Positions 1 through 10,558 are shown, numbered from the stretch's first letter. The stretch is 64,000 nucleotides of DNA from Pyrodictiaceae archaeon (GCA_027036135.1 JALVSY010000007.1:1060880-1124879), one strand, 5' to 3'. Notes: a model not told the origin generated them from the sequence alone. Numbers and translations are program-made.

Positions 1-297
1 GCACATAGATCTCCAAGGGAGCTTGACAAGTTCATAGAGGAGCATGACAACGAGATAGACCTCTACATAGCTATGGCAGGGTTATCAGCAGCTCTACCAG
101 GCTACATTGCGGCAAGAACTCAGAAGCCAGTAATAGGCGTACCATTACCCGTTGGTCCCTTAAACGGTATCGATGCCCTCTTATCAATAGTGCAAATGCC
201 GCGAGGTGTACCAGTGGCAGGTGTTGGGATAGGCTCAGCAGAGAACTCGGCACACTTAGCACTACGAATACTCAGGCTCGCAGGCAAGTGCAAATAA
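1..297 (+). CDS. purE: AIR carboxylase / N5-CAIR mutase PurE (5' end outside window)
   Basis: Frame open from base 1: AHRSP...[11 protein letters not shown]...PVIGVP...[16 protein letters not shown], the PurE signature. Confidence 0.95.
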   Translation, partial: AHRSPRELDKFIEEHDNEIDLYIAMAGLSAALPGYIAARTQKPVIGVPLPVGPLNGIDALLSIVQMPRGVPVAGVGIGSAENSAHLALRILRLAGKCK

Positions 298-1385
298 CTC
301 GTTATCACCGGTGCACAGCATTGACTATAGGCAGAGAGATAATAGGGGGTTATGACAAGGACAAGATATCAGTGGCGGTCATAGCTAGTCATAGTGCTCT
401 ACAAATACTCCACGGAGCTAAGAAGGAGGGACTACGAACAGTACTAGTCACTACAAGGGAGCGCTTAGCTCTTTACAGAGAGTTCAGCCACCTCATAGAC
501 AAGGTAATAGTCGTAGACAAGTGGAGAAACATCTGCAACAAAGACGCAGCTACCTCCCTCCGTAGGCTCAACTCGATACTCATCCCACACGGGAGCTTCG
601 TGGAATACGTTGGCCCCGATTGCGCTGAGAGAATAGAACTCCCCATATTTGGTCTAAGATCCTTGGTACGGGTGGAGGCAAGCCAATGGGAAAAGATAGG
701 GCTCCTAAGACGAGCAGGAATACCTACGCCGAGGACATATAGCATCGGCGAAGAAATCGATAGGATAGTCATAGTGAAGCTACCTGGGGCAAAAGGAGGC
801 AAAGGATACTTCATCGCGAAGGACGGCGAAGAGATAGCCAAGAGGCTAAGCATACTCGTAGAGCAAGGCCTACTAAAAGACGCAGCGGACGCAATAATAC
901 AGGAGTACGTCATAGGTGTACCAGCCTACTACCACTACTTCTACAGCCCCCTACTAGACCGAGTAGAACTAATGGGAGCAGACATACGCTACGAGACAAA
1001 TGTTGACGGCCTACGCCGCTTACCACCAAGCCTCATAGGTAGCGCCGATCCCTCATTCGTAGTTGTAGGCAACATACCACTCGTCATGAGGGAAAGCCTC
1101 CTGCCAAGAATACTTGACTACGGGAGAAAATTCGTTAAACAGACACGGAGAGACCTACCACCCGGCATTATAGGTCCATTCAGCCTCGAGAGCATAGTCA
1201 CACCGAGCCTAGAGATAAAGGTGTTCGAGTTCTCTGGCAGAATAGTAGCGGGCACAAACCTCTACATAAACGGTAGCCCATATAGCTGGCTCTACTGGGA
1301 CGAGCCAATGAGCACGGGCAGGAGAATAGCCCGGGAAATCAAAATAGCACTAGAGAAAGACAAGCTCTCAAAGATAGTGACGTAA
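288..1385 (+). CDS. purP: PurP-family ATP-grasp FAICAR synthetase
   Basis: [54 protein letters not shown]; follows purE; real start may be the TTG at 321. Confidence 0.92.
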   Translation: MQITRYHRCTALTIGREIIGGYDKDKISVAVIASHSALQILHGAKKEGLRTVLVTTRERLALYREFSHLIDKVIVVDKWRNICNKDAATSLRRLNSILIPHGSFVEYVGPDCAERIELPIFGLRSLVRVEASQWEKIGLLRRAGIPTPRTYSIGEEIDRIVIVKLPGAKGGKGYFIAKDGEEIAKRLSILVEQGLLKDAADAIIQEYVIGVPAYYHYFYSPLLDRVELMGADIRYETNVDGLRRLPPSLIGSADPSFVVVGNIPLVMRESLLPRILDYGRKFVKQTRRDLPPGIIGPFSLESIVTPSLEIKVFEFSGRIVAGTNLYINGSPYSWLYWDEPMSTGRRIAREIKIALEKDKLSKIVT

Positions 1386-1450
1386 GAGCAATACCCTTGA
1401 GTTATTCTTTTCAAGCTATGTATCCTAGGTGTCCCTGCCTGGTGTAGAGG

Positions 1451-2791
1451 GTGCGCTACGCTGTCATCCTTGCTGCTGGGTGGGGTGAGCGGCTCTGGCC
1501 TATTACTAGTACTCGGCCTAAGCCCCTTGTGCCGCTGCCTGGCGGCGAGACTCTGCTTACTAGGCTTATGCGCCAGCTTCGGGGCCTTGTTGACGGGTTC
1601 CTTGTTGTTGTCCGGGGAGATGAGTTCGGTGACATGGTGAGAAGAAGTGTTGTATCAGCTGGTTTTAGCGTGTATTTCGCTGTCCAGGAAGAGCCCCGGG
1701 GTACTGGTGATGCAGCCCGTGTCGGTGTTGAGGCCCTCCCCCGGGGGGTTGACGAGGTCCTAGTGGTTAATGGAGACCTTCTTGTAAGTGATGAGTTACT
1801 GAGAGCTGTGGCTGAGACGGGTTCCCCGAGCCTTGTGGGGGTTCCTAGCGATGAGCCCTGGAACTACGGGGTACTCCTTGAGCATAATGGTTGTCTTAGC
1901 TCTATCCGCGAGAAGCCAAGTGATGCCCCTAGGGGCTCTCTCATCAATACCGGGGTATACTTGCTTCCCAGGAACGAGCTAGAAGAGGCATTACAGGGCA
2001 TAAGGCCTAGTCCTCGCGGCGAGCTAGAGATAACTGATGCAGTGACGCTCCTCGCCAGGAGGATGTGCATAAGGGTTGTGAAGGGCTCTGGCTTCTGGCT
2101 AGATATTGGTAGGCCCTGGGATCTCTTCGAGGCCTATAAGCTCCTTTGGCGCGAACGATTCGGCGACAGCAGTCAAGCAGTGGTAGAGGGCGAGGTAGAG
2201 AGCACAGCTGTTATCCATGGCCCCGTCTACGTAGCGGAGGGCGCAGTTATTCGTAGTCATAGTGTCGTGGAGGGTCCTGCCTGGATAGAGGGCGAGGTAG
2301 GCCCCTTTGCCAGGATAAGGCCCTGGAGCTTCCTACTGAGAGAGAGCAGGGCAGCAACACACACCGAGGTGAAGGCCTCAATACTGATGATGAGGGCGAA
2401 GGCCCCTCACCTAAACTATGTGGGTGACAGTATCCTCGGGGAGGACGTGAACCTCGGGGCAGGAACCATTACAGCAAACCTGCGCTTCGATCATCGCAGC
2501 GTAAAGGTGAACCTCAAGGGGAAGAGAATAGATACGGGGCGTAACAAGCTCGGAGCAATAGTAGGCGACAGGGCCCAGACAGGGATCAATGTCTCGCTCT
2601 TCCCAGGTGTGCGTATCGGGGCCTATTCGTGGATAAACCCAGGACTAGTCGTTGACCGAGACATCGCTGACTGTGTCCACCTAAGAAACGGTTACGAAGT
2701 ACGCGATCTCAGGGAGAGGCTTGGGTGCCCACAGTATGTATTACGAGCTCGCGACAAGGTGTCTAAGTGGCTAACGGGGTACAAACCATAG
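1451..2791 (+). CDS. glmU: Bifunctional sugar-1-phosphate nucleotidyltransferase/acetyltransferase (archaeal GlmU-like)
   Basis: ILAAGWGERLWPITSTRPKPL; SPRGELEITDA; C-terminal hexapeptide region with HLNYVGDS and GAGTITANLRFD. Confidence 0.9.
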   Translation: MRYAVILAAGWGERLWPITSTRPKPLVPLPGGETLLTRLMRQLRGLVDGFLVVVRGDEFGDMVRRSVVSAGFSVYFAVQEEPRGTGDAARVGVEALPRGVDEVLVVNGDLLVSDELLRAVAETGSPSLVGVPSDEPWNYGVLLEHNGCLSSIREKPSDAPRGSLINTGVYLLPRNELEEALQGIRPSPRGELEITDAVTLLARRMCIRVVKGSGFWLDIGRPWDLFEAYKLLWRERFGDSSQAVVEGEVESTAVIHGPVYVAEGAVIRSHSVVEGPAWIEGEVGPFARIRPWSFLLRESRAATHTEVKASILMMRAKAPHLNYVGDSILGEDVNLGAGTITANLRFDHRSVKVNLKGKRIDTGRNKLGAIVGDRAQTGINVSLFPGVRIGAYSWINPGLVVDRDIADCVHLRNGYEVRDLRERLGCPQYVLRARDKVSKWLTGYKP

Positions 2792-2857
2792 ACCCTAGGA
2801 AGTACATCTTCGGTTCTCCTTATCAAGGTTCTTCGCAATGCGGAATGCTAATTTACG

Positions 2858-3706
2858 CTATTTCTTATACATTTGATATAGTTTTTCTACAAGAATCCTT
2901 GCCGGGTTAATACCTGTAGCCCTCATGAAACCTTTGAACTCTGGTACTGCATTGACCTCGTTTACTAAGAGACCATCCTTTGTCTGAAACAAGTCTACTG
3001 AGACAAAGAACCCTTTTACAGCTGCGGCGGCTCTTAGGGAAAGATCCTCTACCTCGTTTGTGGGCTTATAGGGTTTCGTGTCAGCACCCAGAGCCACGTT
3101 GCTTCGCCATTCCCTCTGCTTAGCTCTCCTCTCTATGCAGCCAACAAGCTCTTCCTCGATAACGATGCATCTAATATCCTTATTACCGGTATCTACATAT
3201 TTTTGCATGATAATTATCTTTTGATGAGGGGTCCTCATGGCCTCCCGGTGTGCCAGTACATATTCAAGCTCTCTAGCACTTCTAATTCTCGTTACAAGCC
3301 GCCCCCAGCTACCAAGAGGAGGCTTAACTACTAGGGGCACGCCCAGCTCCCTGAGAGCTGTTCTTGCAGTATTATGTGCAAAAGCTATGAGCGTCGGAGG
3401 CAAAGGAAGCTTGTGTGCAGCAAGACGAGTATAAGTTAATACCTTATCTCCGGAGAAAATTATGGTCTCTGATGAATTAATTACGAGTGAGCCTTTTGCC
3501 TCATAAAGTGCGGCAGCATAAGCGGCATTTAGCATAGATATGGGTCGAATAATAGCAATTGATGCCATGTAATCATTTGACCCGATTTTAGGTGCTACCT
3601 CACGTAGGTTAACAATGCTTATTTTGCTCTCCGAAAATCTTTCCTTGAGTGCTGATATTATTAGTTGCTCCTCGGCCCGAATGATATCAAGAACAACGTC
3701 AATCAA
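2858..3706 (-). CDS. lysX: RimK/LysX-family ATP-grasp ligase (LysX/ArgX-like)
   Basis: KPPLGSWGRLV, DIRC, WRSNVALG, VNEVNAVPEFKG motifs; no lysW found next to it. Confidence 0.8.
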   Translation of the reverse strand: MIDVVLDIIRAEEQLIISALKERFSESKISIVNLREVAPKIGSNDYMASIAIIRPISMLNAAYAAALYEAKGSLVINSSETIIFSGDKVLTYTRLAAHKLPLPPTLIAFAHNTARTALRELGVPLVVKPPLGSWGRLVTRIRSARELEYVLAHREAMRTPHQKIIIMQKYVDTGNKDIRCIVIEEELVGCIERRAKQREWRSNVALGADTKPYKPTNEVEDLSLRAAAAVKGFFVSVDLFQTKDGLLVNEVNAVPEFKGFMRATGINPARILVEKLYQMYKK

Positions 3707-4069
3707 TTCAATACATCACCCATGCCGGTACTAATATGGTTTGCAGTGTCTCACACCAGGTTACTACCCATGTAGCACTTCTCAGTACTTGCGGCCTCAG
3801 TTCCACTCGTTAAACCTGGTGCACTAGATGATTCAGATGATTATAGTTTTTGTCTTATTTAGACCTAAGTGAAGCAAAAATGTCAGCCAGGGGAGGTAAT
3901 GGAACAAACTTGCGTTATTTTACCGAAAATTAAGCTATGTAGGGTGCGAAACCAGCCCGCTCTTTGTGGTAAAGATTCTTAAGAGGCTGTACAAGAATCC
4001 TATTAAGACTCCGAGTCTTTGGGAACTATTAGGAAAGTGAAGACGCTGAGAGCTTGAGAGGGCGGTAAT

Positions 4070-5593
4070 ATGCTCAGCGTAATGGGTCTCCCCTTTGCAA
4101 TGGCTACTCAGCATCCAGATTCCGTTAGCCGGGGTTTCACGGCACAAGATGAGGTAAATGAAGCTATTGAGGATTTGCTTCCACTAAGCGAAGGAGGTCA
4201 TGGATGCGACGAGAAAATGGTGGATTATGAAGGGAAGCTTACTCCATATCATCAGATGAAGTGGATAGTTCATGAAGCACTCCAAGTAGGGCTTGAGCCT
4301 AGTAAGGATTTCCTTTTAACTCCTCGTGTACCAAACGATAGGTTGGAGGGTATCGAGAGGCAATTACTGGTACTACTAGGGGCTATGAGTGCAAATAAGC
4401 TGAGCATAGCTAGTGCAGGTGAGCAAGCAATAAGGTATATTATTCATCCAATGAGTGAGACTCCTTACGAACTCCTCGTTCTCCAGCGGCGCATTGTTCG
4501 TGTGCAGAGACTTGCTGAGGAAGAGCTGGGATTAAGCGGCACCCGTCCATTGATGATTATACCGCTCATAGAGGATGTAGTAAAACATTTCCATGCAGAT
4601 AAGCTGCTTGAAGGCTTTCACGCAACGGTTCATAGAGAGTATGGTATTCTCTATGATCATTACCGGGTCTTGCTAGGTAAAAGTGATGCTGCTCTAAACT
4701 ATGGTCACTTAGCATCGAGTATAAGCATTATAGTAGCTCTTTCCAAGCTTTACCGTTGGGGTAGCAGGGAAGGTGTCCGCGTATACCCGATCCTGGGTGT
4801 TGGCAAGCCTCCTTTTCGTGGCCATTTAGCACCGGAGAGCGTGGATGTATTTGTTAATCAATATAGTGGCTACTATACTGTTACAATTCAGTCAGCTTTG
4901 CGTTATGATACGCCTCGCCAAGGCTATACAAGGGTTCTCAATGTTCTCCGTGACAATGTTGGGCATAGGCCATGGGATCTGAGCACTGATGAGGAATACA
5001 TCCTCATGGAAGCAGCACGGCTAGCCACTCGTGCCTACTTAGACTTGTTGCTTAGGATGGCGGAGCACATACTAGTTGTTTCACGGTATATCCCTGGAAG
5101 AAGAGATAGGGTGTCCACTGAGCAGTATGGGAGGAACATCATAGCCCCTCTTGCTTTCTCTTCCTATACCGGAATAGTGCCTCAACAGCTCGTTTTACCC
5201 AGAGCGATAAAGTTTACTGCATCCCTTTACACCATGGGTATGCCCCCGGCCCTAATAGGGCTTGGGCGAGGACTACGAATGGTGGAAAAGGAGCTAGGTG
5301 ATCACGCATTAGAGCTTATTATTAAGACTCTTCCAATGCTTCGAGCTGATGCAGAGTTCGAGCTTCGCTTCTTCTATCCAACTATAGCTAGAAGCTATAT
5401 AGGGGAGAAAGCATTAAAGCTTCTTCTTAGCGATGTAGAAGAGGTTCAAGAACTACTCAGCGTTAGTGCTGAGCCTATAGAGGAGTACGAAAAACTTCTC
5501 ATAGATACTCGCAAGTACGTTGTGGCAGGGGATGCCGAGAGGGCTGTCAAGCTTATCGAGAAGGCAGCCAGTATCCGGGGAGCATTAGGCTGA
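4070..5593 (+). CDS. ppcA: Archaeal-type phosphoenolpyruvate carboxylase
   Basis: MATQHPD, MVDYEGK, TPRVPN, GKSDAA, PPFRGHL, TVTIQSA, LPRAIKFTASLY, C-terminal RGALG. Confidence 0.93.
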   Translation: MLSVMGLPFAMATQHPDSVSRGFTAQDEVNEAIEDLLPLSEGGHGCDEKMVDYEGKLTPYHQMKWIVHEALQVGLEPSKDFLLTPRVPNDRLEGIERQLLVLLGAMSANKLSIASAGEQAIRYIIHPMSETPYELLVLQRRIVRVQRLAEEELGLSGTRPLMIIPLIEDVVKHFHADKLLEGFHATVHREYGILYDHYRVLLGKSDAALNYGHLASSISIIVALSKLYRWGSREGVRVYPILGVGKPPFRGHLAPESVDVFVNQYSGYYTVTIQSALRYDTPRQGYTRVLNVLRDNVGHRPWDLSTDEEYILMEAARLATRAYLDLLLRMAEHILVVSRYIPGRRDRVSTEQYGRNIIAPLAFSSYTGIVPQQLVLPRAIKFTASLYTMGMPPALIGLGRGLRMVEKELGDHALELIIKTLPMLRADAEFELRFFYPTIARSYIGEKALKLLLSDVEEVQELLSVSAEPIEEYEKLLIDTRKYVVAGDAERAVKLIEKAASIRGALG

Positions 5594-6271
5594 GGATGTG
5601 ACAAGGCTCCCTATGTTGGCCCCTCTTACTGCCCGCAAGATGTTCTCGGGCTCGGATCCATTAACTATGCGTGCAGGTATCCCGCTCCGCTCTAGGACTG
5701 TTATCGCTAAGGGGTCTAGTAGCTCGTAGTGACCAGGCTCAACGCTCTGCGAGAGAACCCTCCTTAGCTCGGCATAGGTTAGCCTCGGTATGAGCTTGGC
5801 CCCTGGCTCCCTCCTCGGGTCAGCAGTATATACGCCGTCAACGGTTGTTGCCAGAACTAGCATCTTGGCGCTCAGCGCCTCTGCTAAGAGGGCAGCGACG
5901 CCTGCCGTGCTCTGCCCAGGCTGAAACCCCCCAGCGACTATTATCTTCCCAGTGGCGGCTACCCGTAGCGCCTCCCATAGACTCCTCGGTGGCTCCGGGT
6001 AGGCCTCGGGATAGAGCGCCGCTATGAGGAGACGTGCATTGAGCCTCGCAGCCTCTATGCCAAGTATATCTAGGAACCCTCTATTCACGCCAGCTTTCGC
6101 TGCGGCCTCTATGTAGCTGCGCGCAATCCTACCTCCACCCACGACTATGGCTACTCGGTACTCGTCCACGAGGCGGCGAATAACCGAGACATAGCGGGGC
6201 AGTGCATCAGCCTTCTCGGGGTTAATGTGCTTCCCACTAATCTTAACAACTAGCCACGGCTTTCTCGACAA
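5585..6271 (-). CDS. pyrH: UMP kinase
   Basis: VVKISG, VVGGGRIAR, GFQPGQST, VDGVYTADPR, YELLDP. Confidence 0.93.
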   Translation of the reverse strand: MSRKPWLVVKISGKHINPEKADALPRYVSVIRRLVDEYRVAIVVGGGRIARSYIEAAAKAGVNRGFLDILGIEAARLNARLLIAALYPEAYPEPPRSLWEALRVAATGKIIVAGGFQPGQSTAGVAALLAEALSAKMLVLATTVDGVYTADPRREPGAKLIPRLTYAELRRVLSQSVEPGHYELLDPLAITVLERSGIPARIVNGSEPENILRAVRGANIGSLVTSSA

Positions 6272-6374
6272 GCCCTAGCCCACATAAACAAGACTAGTAG
6301 CAATACTACCTAGTATTTTAAGTCACCTCTTATCTGCACTAGCCCGGAATAGTGTTAGAGTTATTCTTGCCCAG

Positions 6375-6983
6375 TTAGATAACATACTCTATATTACAGC
6401 GTCTTAGCCTCTCAACAAGCTCCTCGAGCACGCGGAGACTCATGCCCCAGATAACGTCGCCGTACCAGGTCTTATAGCCCTCTACTAGTGTGCCGCGAAA
6501 CCTGTGCATCAGTAGCCTCTTCTCCACGCGGAAGGGTAGGGGAACAAGAGTTAGCCGCCTAGTCTCCTCCGAACTACACTGCCTAAGAGTCTCGACGGGG
6601 CAGTGCCTCGTCCTGAGCACGGAGACAACGGGAACGACGCGAACAGTTATGCGCTTAGGAGAAGCAGCGGGGAGGAAGCCTAGTATCTCAAAGCTGCTTG
6701 GCTCTAGGCAGGTCTCCTCATAGGCTTCTCGGAGAGCCGTGTCCAGGGGCGAGGAATCGCTTGGCTCCCGATGCCCCCCGGGGAAGGCCATGTCGCCTGC
6801 CCAGGGGTCTCGGGGGTCAAGACTACGCTCGATCATTATTACCCGTGGCCCAGCGTAGCAGCACAAAGAAACCATTATTGCTGCATCAAACTCGCTTAGT
6901 GGGGGGTTGCTTAATAAACACTCCTTGAGCCTAGTAAGGGTATCGCAGAGACATGCTCTACTGAGCACAGCTATTACCTGCAA
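6375..6983 (-). CDS. Nudix hydrolase, CoA pyrophosphatase-like
   Basis: WAGDMAFPGG...ALREAYEE Nudix box; IWGMS motif. Confidence 0.85.
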   Translation of the reverse strand: MQVIAVLSRACLCDTLTRLKECLLSNPPLSEFDAAIMVSLCCYAGPRVIMIERSLDPRDPWAGDMAFPGGHREPSDSSPLDTALREAYEETCLEPSSFEILGFLPAASPKRITVRVVPVVSVLRTRHCPVETLRQCSSEETRRLTLVPLPFRVEKRLLMHRFRGTLVEGYKTWYGDVIWGMSLRVLEELVERLRRCNIEYVI

Positions 6984-7024
6984 CCGGGCTCTATTATGTT
7001 GATTGGGTTGTTTGCCTTGATAGG

Positions 7025-7090
7025 ATGCTCAGCGGGTCCACTATCTTCATGCCCCTCCGGGGGTCTAGCCCGCCACATTCATCACGGCAC
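7025..7090 (-). ncRNA. Candidate C/D-box guide sRNA
   Basis: Minus strand: GTGC-C-GTGATGA (box C) ... CCCC-CGGA-GGGG hairpin, ATGAAGA (C'), 11-nt guide, CTGA (box D), GCAT; 4-bp terminal stem; intergenic. Confidence 0.7.
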
Positions 7091-7122
7091 ACAAATTAGT
7101 ATCCTTGCTCTCCCTTGTAGGG

Positions 7123-8493
7123 CTATTGTGGTAGGGCCTTATTCTTCTTAAGCTCTTCTAGGAACTCTGTGAATGTTTCTAGGAACTTTCTTGCATCGTC
7201 TTCGCTGTGCTCTATGGAGGGGAGTAGGTGCGCCATGTGCTCTGATATATAGAGTATATTCTTGGTCCTCATGTAGGCGTGAAGGGCTTCGTAGACCTTG
7301 TTGCTCCACCTCTTCTCCAGGGCCTCTCTCGTCGACGAGGGCCGTTCCTCTGTGAAGTGTATGCCTACTATGGCTCCCTCGCCTGTTGACCAGCATGCGT
7401 TATTGTACTCGTTACACCTCTTGTCCATCTCTCCTCTCACCCATCTCCACAGCGTGTTAACCTTCTCGTACACGTCTCTATGCTCAGCGAGGTACTTCAC
7501 GGTAGCGTATCCGGCTAGTATCGTGAGAGGGTTGCCAGCAAACGTTCCTCCATGGAAGCTTCGTTCACGTGGATTAACTATCTCGGTGTGGTCTAGCAGC
7601 CTCATTATCTCGGAGCGCGCGGCGAATACCCCGGCTCCCGCTACTCCTCCCCCAACTATCTTGCCCAGTACTACTATGTCTGCTCTTACCCCGTAGTATT
7701 CCTGGGCCCCGCCGAGCGCTAAGCGGAACCCTGTTATGACCTCGTCGAAGACCAGTAGGGAGCCGTACCTGTCGCTTAGCTCTCGTAGCCCCTTGAGGAA
7801 CTCTGGCTTAGCTGGTATGGCGCCACCGGCGCCTAGCACGGGCTCAACTATTATTGCTGCTACGTCGTGGCTTCGGAGAAGCTTCTCAACAGAGTCCAGG
7901 TCGTTGTAGGGCGCGACGAGCGTGTACTTTAGGCAGTCCTCTACCAGGCCCTTGCTCTCTGGGCCACAGAAGGGCGGCGTGACGCCAGTGTGGAGAGCGT
8001 CGTATCCTCCGTGCCATCCTCCCTCGAACTTGATTATGTAGCGGTTCCCCGTGTAGGCCCGGGCGAGCCTAATAGCGTACATGTTCGCCTCGGTACCGCT
8101 GTTAGCGAAGCGCACAGACTCTATACCGGGGACGACCTGGGTCAGTAGCTCTGCGTACTCCACAGCATAGGGGTTCTCATAGCCTAGATGAGTACCCTTG
8201 CTGAGTGCTTCTCTCAGAGCCTCCTCAACGACACGGGGCCGGTGGCCTAGGAAGAGGGCGCCATGCCCCATCCAGTAATCAGTATAGCGGTTCCCATCAA
8301 CGTCCCAGATGTACTTCCCCTCACCCTTCTCGATGAACACCGGATAAGGCCTAAACCACCTAATGTGATAAGTTACTCCGCCTGGTAGTCTCTTCCTCGC
8401 CTCCTCGTAGAGCCTCCTAGACCCTGGTGTCCTCTTAGCATAGGTCTCGTGGTACCTTTTTATTAGCTCCTCGAAGACAGTCTCGTCAACCAT
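7123..8493 (-). CDS. Class III PLP aminotransferase, glutamate-1-semialdehyde aminomutase-like
   Basis: LPGGV, WDVDGNRY, RFANSGTEA, KFEGGWHG, FDEVITGFR, LGKIVGGG, HGGTFAGNP. Confidence 0.88.
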   Translation of the reverse strand: MVDETVFEELIKRYHETYAKRTPGSRRLYEEARKRLPGGVTYHIRWFRPYPVFIEKGEGKYIWDVDGNRYTDYWMGHGALFLGHRPRVVEEALREALSKGTHLGYENPYAVEYAELLTQVVPGIESVRFANSGTEANMYAIRLARAYTGNRYIIKFEGGWHGGYDALHTGVTPPFCGPESKGLVEDCLKYTLVAPYNDLDSVEKLLRSHDVAAIIVEPVLGAGGAIPAKPEFLKGLRELSDRYGSLLVFDEVITGFRLALGGAQEYYGVRADIVVLGKIVGGGVAGAGVFAARSEIMRLLDHTEIVNPRERSFHGGTFAGNPLTILAGYATVKYLAEHRDVYEKVNTLWRWVRGEMDKRCNEYNNACWSTGEGAIVGIHFTEERPSSTREALEKRWSNKVYEALHAYMRTKNILYISEHMAHLLPSIEHSEDDARKFLETFTEFLEELKKNKALPQ

Positions 8494-8498
8494 GCCTA

Positions 8499-9503
8499 TT
8501 ACACCGCGAATCTTGGGCGGAAGGGTAGGAGATCAACCATTGTTAGTAATCCTGGGCCGTAGCTCTGTATTGCCTCGGCCATGTGGAGGAGCACTGAGGC
8601 CGTGCCAGCATCGCCTGGTGTACCGCTGCTCCTCCACTTAACGCTGTAATCCTTCCCCTCTATCAGTACCTCCTCGTACTCCTCGGCGCCCACATAGGCA
8701 TGGAACTCTATCCGGATAACCTCCTTGTCGCCGAGGTATGCTGCTCCATAACCCTTGGCCCCCAGGTTCATGCCCTTCTCAACACTTACACCGTTGGACT
8801 CAACAGGCTCCTTGGCGGGCACTACCTCTTGGCCCTCAACGATCCGTGTCGGTTGGATACCGGCGGCATCTGCTACTAGGAGCACTGACTCAGCGAACCC
8901 CACGTGGCCAGTAAGCTCTCCTCTCTTCATCTTCTCCTCGACAAGGCGTGGATCCAGGCCTACGCCTATCTTTTTCTGGAAAGGCTTCCTCCTCTTCGCT
9001 GCATCGACGCTCCTCACCGCCCGTATATACTTGACTAGGTGGAAGGGGGCAGTGAGAGTAACCACTAGCGTGTCTAGGAGGAAGCCCGGGTTAATCCCGG
9101 TGCCGAGCACAGCCACACCACTCATACTGGCCTTCTCGTCGAGCTTACGTGCTAGCACCGGGTAGCGATACCATGGATAAGCCAGGGTCTCGCAGGTCGA
9201 GACAACGTCTCGCCTAAGCTCTATGACGCGAAGAAGCTGGGGATAAACCCTGTCAAGATAACTACTAGTAGCATGGATAACTACATCAGCTTGAGCCAGC
9301 ACAGAGGGATCCTTCGAGACCCTTACGCCCAGGCTCTCACCGAGCCCAATAACCTCGCCTATGTCGCGCCCTACTAGCCCAGGGTCTATATCGACGGCAG
9401 CGACTACCTCGTAGCCTCTCTCGAGGGCTAGGCGCGCGGTTAGTCTCGCGATTGCACCGAAGCCGTAAAACCCTACGCGCAAGACCCAAACTACCACGCC
9501 CAA
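8499..9503 (-). CDS. NAD(P)-dependent amine dehydrogenase / 2,4-diaminopentanoate dehydrogenase (DapB-like) family
   Basis: GFGAIA Rossmann motif, HATSS, VVSTCETL, GTGINPGFLLD, GHVGFAES, PGDAGTA. Confidence 0.8.
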   Translation of the reverse strand: MGVVVWVLRVGFYGFGAIARLTARLALERGYEVVAAVDIDPGLVGRDIGEVIGLGESLGVRVSKDPSVLAQADVVIHATSSYLDRVYPQLLRVIELRRDVVSTCETLAYPWYRYPVLARKLDEKASMSGVAVLGTGINPGFLLDTLVVTLTAPFHLVKYIRAVRSVDAAKRRKPFQKKIGVGLDPRLVEEKMKRGELTGHVGFAESVLLVADAAGIQPTRIVEGQEVVPAKEPVESNGVSVEKGMNLGAKGYGAAYLGDKEVIRIEFHAYVGAEEYEEVLIEGKDYSVKWRSSGTPGDAGTASVLLHMAEAIQSYGPGLLTMVDLLPFRPRFAV

Positions 9504-9685
9504 TGAGCAATGAAGGGGAGTCTTTCAGCTTTTCCACCCATATGCCGCCCAGCTCTATGCCCCCAATGAAACATGGTGAGTAGTGAGAATAGCTCATCAC
9601 TGTTTCCTTGCTCGTTTTCTTGGGCGCCAGGCTCTATAAGGCCTCCTCGTAACCCTCTACCACTCCTTACCGGGTGGTTGCCTGA

Positions 9686-10558
9686 ATGAGCCAGCTTATG
9701 GGCTCTAAGCGTATGAGGTTCGGGCCAGCCGGTAAACCTGTCGATATGAAGAGCGGTGACTACGTCAAGGCCGTGGAGTACGTCGCAAAGGAAGGCCTAG
9801 ATGCTATGGAGTACGAGGCTGTACGCGGTGTAAGGATAAGCGAGTCCAAGGCAAGGGCTATAGGCGAGGCTGCTAGGAAGTATGACGTGTTGTTATCGAT
9901 GCATGCACCCTATTACGTGAACTTTGCCTCCCCCGAGGAGCAGACGATTAAGAAGAGCCAGGAGAGGCTCATCGCAGCAGTCCGTGCCTCCTACCGGATG
10001 GGTGCCTACGCGGTGGTTTTCCACCCAGGCTACTACAAGGGTAATAGTAGCCGCGAGGAGGCTCTCCATAGAACCATTGAGTCGCTGAGACCCGTTGTTG
10101 AGTGGATGAAGCAGGAGGGCATCAAGGGCGTATGGATAGCTCCCGAGACAACAGGGAAGAGCAGCCAAGTAGGCGACGTCGACGAGGTAATAGCTATTTG
10201 CCGGGAACTAGACATGGCTAGGCCAGCAGTGGACTGGGCTCACCTCCACGCTAGGAGCGAGGGCCAATTCCCCACTAGTATAGACGACGTGATAAAAGTG
10301 ATAGAGAAGATAGAAAAGGAGCTAGGCTCCTGGGCAGTAAAGCCCCTCCACACCCATTTCAGCAGGATAGAGTACGGCAGGGGTGGAGAACGGGAACACC
10401 ACACATTGGCGGAGGAAGAATACGGGCCCGATTGGAGAATAGTGTGTAGGGCCTACAAAGAAACAGGGATACAGGGAGTCATTATATCGGAGAGCCCGAT
10501 ACTGGACAAAGACGCCCTAGTAATGAAGAAGATATGCCAAGAAGAAGACTATATATAA
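9686..10558 (+). CDS. nfo: Endonuclease IV (AP endonuclease 2) family
   Basis: RFGPAG, SMHAPYYVN, VFHPG, PETTGK, DWAHLHAR, HTHFS, IISESP. Confidence 0.9.
   Translation: MSQLMGSKRMRFGPAGKPVDMKSGDYVKAVEYVAKEGLDAMEYEAVRGVRISESKARAIGEAARKYDVLLSMHAPYYVNFASPEEQTIKKSQERLIAAVRASYRMGAYAVVFHPGYYKGNSSREEALHRTIESLRPVVEWMKQEGIKGVWIAPETTGKSSQVGDVDEVIAICRELDMARPAVDWAHLHARSEGQFPTSIDDVIKVIEKIEKELGSWAVKPLHTHFSRIEYGRGGEREHHTLAEEEYGPDWRIVCRAYKETGIQGVIISESPILDKDALVMKKICQEEDYI

Noticed and set aside
3707-3935. Possible lysW upstream of the lysX-like gene
   Set aside because: No EDWGE C-terminus or Zn-ribbon ORF found on the minus strand
9525-9602. GTGATGA...CTGA on the minus strand
   Set aside because: No C'/D' boxes or terminal stem; lies in a divergent promoter region
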